DNA of 64,000 nucleotides from an uncultured Gemmatimonadales bacterium. Its GTDB lineage: Bacteria > Gemmatimonadota > Gemmatimonadetes > Longimicrobiales > RSA9. Position 1 is the first letter of the stretch; every line of letters begins with the position of its first letter. Both the position numbers and the translations under genes were made by a program. The stretch is taken from assembly GCA_963708135.1 (NCBI GenBank), contig OY970192.1:4064001-4128000 (forward strand), read 5' to 3'. Of this stretch, positions 60,224 through 64,000 are shown in pieces. The notes beneath the pieces were generated by a model. The model had not been told where the DNA came from. It was given only the letters and a program-made list of their open reading frames with translations, and did no database searches.

Positions 60224-61180
60224 TCACGCCGTCCGGGCGCCAAAGGCGAGCGCGAAGAGGTCGTCCGGGTCGGTCTCCCATGCGACCAGCTCGAGCCCCG
60301 CGCCCGCGAACAGCGATTGCACGGCGTGGCGATCGTACTTGGCGCTGATCTCGGTCCGGATGCTCTCGCCGCGGGCGAGCCGGAATCGGCCGACGCACGG
60401 GATCGCGACCTCCATGGCCCTGCGGGCGACGAGGTGCATCTCGATGCGCCCGGCGGCCTCATCGTAGACGGCGCGGTGCTCGAACGCGTCGAGGTCGAAC
60501 GCCGCGGCGAGCTCACGGTTGAGGACGCGCAGCATGTTGAGGTTGAACTCGGCGGTGACGCCGCGGCTGTCGTTGTAGGCCCGCTCGAGGATCGCCGCAT
60601 CCTTGCGCAGGTCGGCCCCGAGGAGGAAGCGGTCGGGCTCGTCCATCTGCGCGGCCACCCGGGCGAGGAGGCGCAGGGCGGCGTCGGGCTCGAAGTTGCC
60701 GATGGTGCTGCCGAGGAAGCCGAAGAGGCGCGGCCGCGGCGCATCCTCGGGGAGGGGGACGCTCACGCTGATGTCCGAGACGACGGGAGCAACGCGCAGC
60801 CCCGGCCGATGCTCGCCGAACCAGGACTGGATGCGGTCGAGGTAGGTGCGGCTCACATCCACGGGGACGTAGAGCTCGGCGGCGCGCATCGCGTCCAGCA
60901 CGATCTCGGCCTTGTCCGGGCCGCCCGGCCCGAGCTCGATGAAGCTGTGCGGCGCTGGAGCCGCCACCCAGCCGGGCACCACATCCCGCAGCAGCGCGCG
61001 CTCGGTTCGCGTCGGGTAGTACTCCGGCAGGCGGGTGATCTCGTCGAACAGCCGCGAGCCGCGCGCGTCGTAGAAGTACTTGGGCGGCAGTGTCTTCTGC
61101 GGCGTGGAGAGCCCCGCCCGCACCTCTTCGCGCATGCGGGCGAGCTCCGGTGGCGCCGGCGCCTGGACCCCCTCAGACAT
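60224..61180 (-). CDS. egtD: L-histidine N-alpha-methyltransferase EgtD
   Basis: PKYFYDARGSRLFDEITRLPEYYPTRTE, FLGSTIGNF, AYND..GVTAEFNLN, TEISAKY. Confidence 0.93.
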   Translation of the reverse strand: MSEGVQAPAPPELARMREEVRAGLSTPQKTLPPKYFYDARGSRLFDEITRLPEYYPTRTERALLRDVVPGWVAAPAPHSFIELGPGGPDKAEIVLDAMRAAELYVPVDVSRTYLDRIQSWFGEHRPGLRVAPVVSDISVSVPLPEDAPRPRLFGFLGSTIGNFEPDAALRLLARVAAQMDEPDRFLLGADLRKDAAILERAYNDSRGVTAEFNLNMLRVLNRELAAAFDLDAFEHRAVYDEAAGRIEMHLVARRAMEVAIPCVGRFRLARGESIRTEISAKYDRHAVQSLFAGAGLELVAWETDPDDLFALAFGARTA

Positions 61181-62468
61181 CACGGGCGCACCGGAATCCG
61201 CTGAAGATCTGGCGCCGGATCGGGAAATCCCAGTTGCGGAAGGTGTTGCGGATGGCGCCCGAGCGCGTCGCCCACGAGCCACCCCGCAGCACCCGGTACT
61301 CGGCCCCGAAGAACGCCTCGGAGTACTCGCGGTAGGGGAAGCTCTGGAACCCCGGGTAGCCGCGGAACTCGCTGGCGGTCCACTCCCAGACGTCGCCGAT
61401 CATGCCGTGGCAGCCGATGGGGGAGACGCCACGCGGGTAGGCGCCGACAGGCGCGGTATCGAAGGCGAGCTGGTCGAGGTTGGCGCGAAGCGGAGTCGGT
61501 GCCGCGTCGCCCCACGGGTAGGCGCGCTTCTCCCCACGCTCCGGGTCCCACGAGGCCGCGGCCTCCCACTCGAGCTCCGTCGGGAGCCGCTTGCGCGCAA
61601 AGCGCGCATACGCCTCCGCCTCGTGGAAGCAGACGTGGCAGACGGGGCGCAGCGGGTCCAGCGGCCGACTCCGGTCCATGAAGCGCTCCCTCCAGCCGTC
61701 GGACGCATCGGTCCACCCCTTCGGCGCGCGGACCCCCGCCTCCTGCAGCCAGCCCCAGCCCGCCTCCGACCACAGCTCCCGGCGCCCGTAGCCGTCCGTG
61801 TCCATGAACTCCAGGTACTCGCCGTTGCTGACCGGAGCGGCATCGATCCAGAACGGGGGCAGCTCCACGCTGTGGCGCGGGCGCTCGTTGTCGTAGGCTG
61901 CCGTGCGGTCGTCGGTACCGATCTCGACCACGCCGCCCGGGAAGCGCACCATGGCACCGGACTCGAGAGAGAGGCGCCGGCCGGGCACGTCGCGCGTGCG
62001 GGGCGCGGCGTAGGGGATGCCCTGCTTCAGCTGGAGCGTCTGAAGGATCGTCTCGTCGTGCTGGTACTCGTGCTGCAGCACCATCTCGTAGACGTAGCCG
62101 CCGCGAAGCAGGGGCTCATCGGCCGCGAGGTCCACCGCGTCCAGCGCGTCGAGCACACGGCCGCGGATCTCCGCGAGAAGCGCCACCATCTCGACCTTTC
62201 CGGGCAGCGGCAGGCCGCCTCGGACGGCGCGCGGGTTCTCGAACGGGTTGTAGACGCCGGGCATCTCCACGAACTCGACCGGTCCGGCGAGGTTCCGCAC
62301 GAGCCAGAGCTCCTCGAAGTGCGCGATGTGACCGAGATCCCACAGGATCGGGCTCATGAGCACGTCGTGCTGGAGCCGCAGGTCCGGCTCCGTGAGGGCG
62401 GACACCAGCAGCAGGGTGCGCGTTCGCGCCTCCGTCAGGCGCTCTGCGATCCGGTCCCGCAGCTCCAT
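61173..62468 (-). CDS. egtB: Ergothioneine sulfoxide synthase EgtB (DinB plus FGE-sulfatase domains)
   Basis: [18 protein letters not shown] iron ligands, [40 protein letters not shown]. Confidence 0.92.
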   Translation of the reverse strand: MELRDRIAERLTEARTRTLLLVSALTEPDLRLQHDVLMSPILWDLGHIAHFEELWLVRNLAGPVEFVEMPGVYNPFENPRAVRGGLPLPGKVEMVALLAEIRGRVLDALDAVDLAADEPLLRGGYVYEMVLQHEYQHDETILQTLQLKQGIPYAAPRTRDVPGRRLSLESGAMVRFPGGVVEIGTDDRTAAYDNERPRHSVELPPFWIDAAPVSNGEYLEFMDTDGYGRRELWSEAGWGWLQEAGVRAPKGWTDASDGWRERFMDRSRPLDPLRPVCHVCFHEAEAYARFARKRLPTELEWEAAASWDPERGEKRAYPWGDAAPTPLRANLDQLAFDTAPVGAYPRGVSPIGCHGMIGDVWEWTASEFRGYPGFQSFPYREYSEAFFGAEYRVLRGGSWATRSGAIRNTFRNWDFPIRRQIFSGFRCARDV

Positions 62469-62670
62469 GCTCCTCCCCGTTCCACTGGTCGGCTCCGGAC
62501 CGGCAACCTACCCCGGTCCGCCGCCCGCGCAAACGCTTCGAGGCGTCGGGCGTCCCGAGCGGAACGCGCGGGCGCCGATGGCCGGTTCCCGCCCGACGCA
62601 ACCTTGGCGCCGGGCTGCGCGTGGCCCATCATGGACGCGTCCGGCAGCCCTCCCGAGGAGCGACACGCGC

Positions 62671-63432
62671 ATGGCCGAGCAGCCCGAGAACGGCGGTACC
62701 CCCGTGCTGGAGGCGCGGGGCGTCTCCCGCACGTACGGGAGAGTAGCCGCGCTCGACGGCGTGTCCCTCTCCGTCTCGCGGGGCGAGAGCGTCGCGCTCG
62801 TCGGGGAGAGCGGCGCGGGCAAGAGCACGCTTCTGCGCTGCTTCAACCGCATGGTCGAGCCGGACGCCGGCCAGGTGTTCGTGGACGGCACCGACGTCCG
62901 GGAGGCCGACCCGGTCGCGCTCCGTCGCCGCATCGGATACGTGCAGCAGGAGGGTGGGCTGCTCCCTCACTGGCGCGTGGGGCGGAACGTCGCACTGGTG
63001 CCCTGGCTCCGCCACGATCCCGCAGGCGCCGCCGCCGCCGCGCGCGCCCTCGACCTCGTCGGGCTGCCGGCCGCCGAGTTCGCCCGGCGCTGGCCCGCCG
63101 AGCTCTCCGGTGGGCAGCGGCAGCGGGTCGCGATCGCCCGCGCGCTCGCGGCCGAGCCGCGCATCGTGCTGCTCGACGAGCCGTTCGGCGCGCTGGACGC
63201 GCTCACCCGCGCCGAGCTGCAGGAGGCCTTCGCCGCGCTCCGCCGCGCCCTGGGCGTCACCACGCTGCTCGTCACCCACGACCTCCGCGAGGCCTTCCTG
63301 CTGGCCGACCGCATCGCCGTCCTGCGCGCCGGCCGGCTCGAGCAGGTGGGTACGCCGGAGGCGCTCCGGGCCGCGCCCGCAACGGACTACGTCCGCCGCC
63401 TGCTCGCCATGACGCGCGTGGGGGGCGCGTGA
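62671..63432 (+). CDS. Osmoprotectant/QAC-family ABC transporter ATP-binding protein
   Basis: [40 protein letters not shown]. Confidence 0.9.
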   Translation: MAEQPENGGTPVLEARGVSRTYGRVAALDGVSLSVSRGESVALVGESGAGKSTLLRCFNRMVEPDAGQVFVDGTDVREADPVALRRRIGYVQQEGGLLPHWRVGRNVALVPWLRHDPAGAAAAARALDLVGLPAAEFARRWPAELSGGQRQRVAIARALAAEPRIVLLDEPFGALDALTRAELQEAFAALRRALGVTTLLVTHDLREAFLLADRIAVLRAGRLEQVGTPEALRAAPATDYVRRLLAMTRVGGA

Positions 63433-64000
63433 GGGGTCGGCCCCGCCGCATGCTCACCGGCGCCGTGCTCGCCGCAGCGGCGGCCCTCGCCCCACGGCCC
63501 GCCGCGCCGGCCGCCTCCCGGCCGCCCACCGCCAGCCGCCCCACCGCGCGGACGCGGCCGCCAGGGGGACACGCGTCCGGCGCGCGCCGGCTCCAGGAGC
63601 CGGCGCCACCCGCGCGGGCGGCGGACCGTCCGATCGTGGTGGCCTCCAAGCCGTTCGGCGAGTCGTACCTGCTCGCTGAGATGTTCGCCCAGCTCCTGGA
63701 GCGGCGCGGCTTCACCGTGGACCGCCGGCCGGGGCTCGGCGCCACGGAGATCGCTTTCGGCGCGCTCCGCTCCGGCGCGATCAATGTATACCCGGAGTAC
63801 ACGGGCACGGGTCTCGTCGCCATCCTCGGCGAGCAGCCGGAGGGCGGGGCCACGGCCGTCTACCGCCGCGTAGCCACCGTCTTCCGCCGGCGCTGGGGCG
63901 TGCGCTGGCTGCCGCCGCTCGGCTTCGAGAACACCTACGCGATCGCCGTCCGCCGCGAGACGGCCGACCGCTTCGGGCTGCGCACGCTCTCCGACCTGGC
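63429..64000 (+). CDS. Glycine-betaine/QAC-family ABC substrate-binding protein (truncated by the window end)
   Basis: GTGA overlap; manual translation [44 protein letters not shown]. Confidence 0.85.
   Translation, partial: MRGRPRRMLTGAVLAAAAALAPRPAAPAASRPPTASRPTARTRPPGGHASGARRLQEPAPPARAADRPIVVASKPFGESYLLAEMFAQLLERRGFTVDRRPGLGATEIAFGALRSGAINVYPEYTGTGLVAILGEQPEGGATAVYRRVATVFRRRWGVRWLPPLGFENTYAIAVRRETADRFGLRTLSDL

Noticed and set aside
61173..62468. Selenoneine synthase SenA
   Set aside because: No senB or selD adjacent; context (egtA, egtD) and motifs fit type I EgtB.

Overview
Very GC-rich bacterial chromosomal window. The gene content (SusC/SusD pair outside Bacteroidota, PD40-amidohydrolase, exported PIG-L and M1/S9 peptidases) suggests Gemmatimonadota, but this is inference. 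It holds about 45 genes, mostly housekeeping or nutrient scavenging: pfkA, a gyrA/parC-type topoisomerase A subunit, an ECF sigma/ZAS anti-sigma pair, an Fe3+-type ABC transporter, a fused aconitase-family enzyme, crcB-DUF190-mgtE, ampG, a SusCD locus, and egtB-egtD-egtA opposite a betaine-family ABC importer. It also has one tRNA-Asn(GTT). Highlights: (1) a selenoprotein missed by the ORF track (SelW/Rdx, CxxU, in-frame UGA, SECIS-like hairpin, own promoter and RBS) heading an operon with pfkA; (2) a translationally coupled N6-DNA methyltransferase plus SNF2 helicase whose PLD nuclease domain lacks the HKD motif, next to the tRNA; (3) a signal-peptide-bearing JAB/JAMM-like protein; (4) a decayed islet downstream of the tRNA; (5) a ~560-nt structured leader before susC. 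Two otherwise intact genes carry single-base frameshifts, probably sequencing errors.
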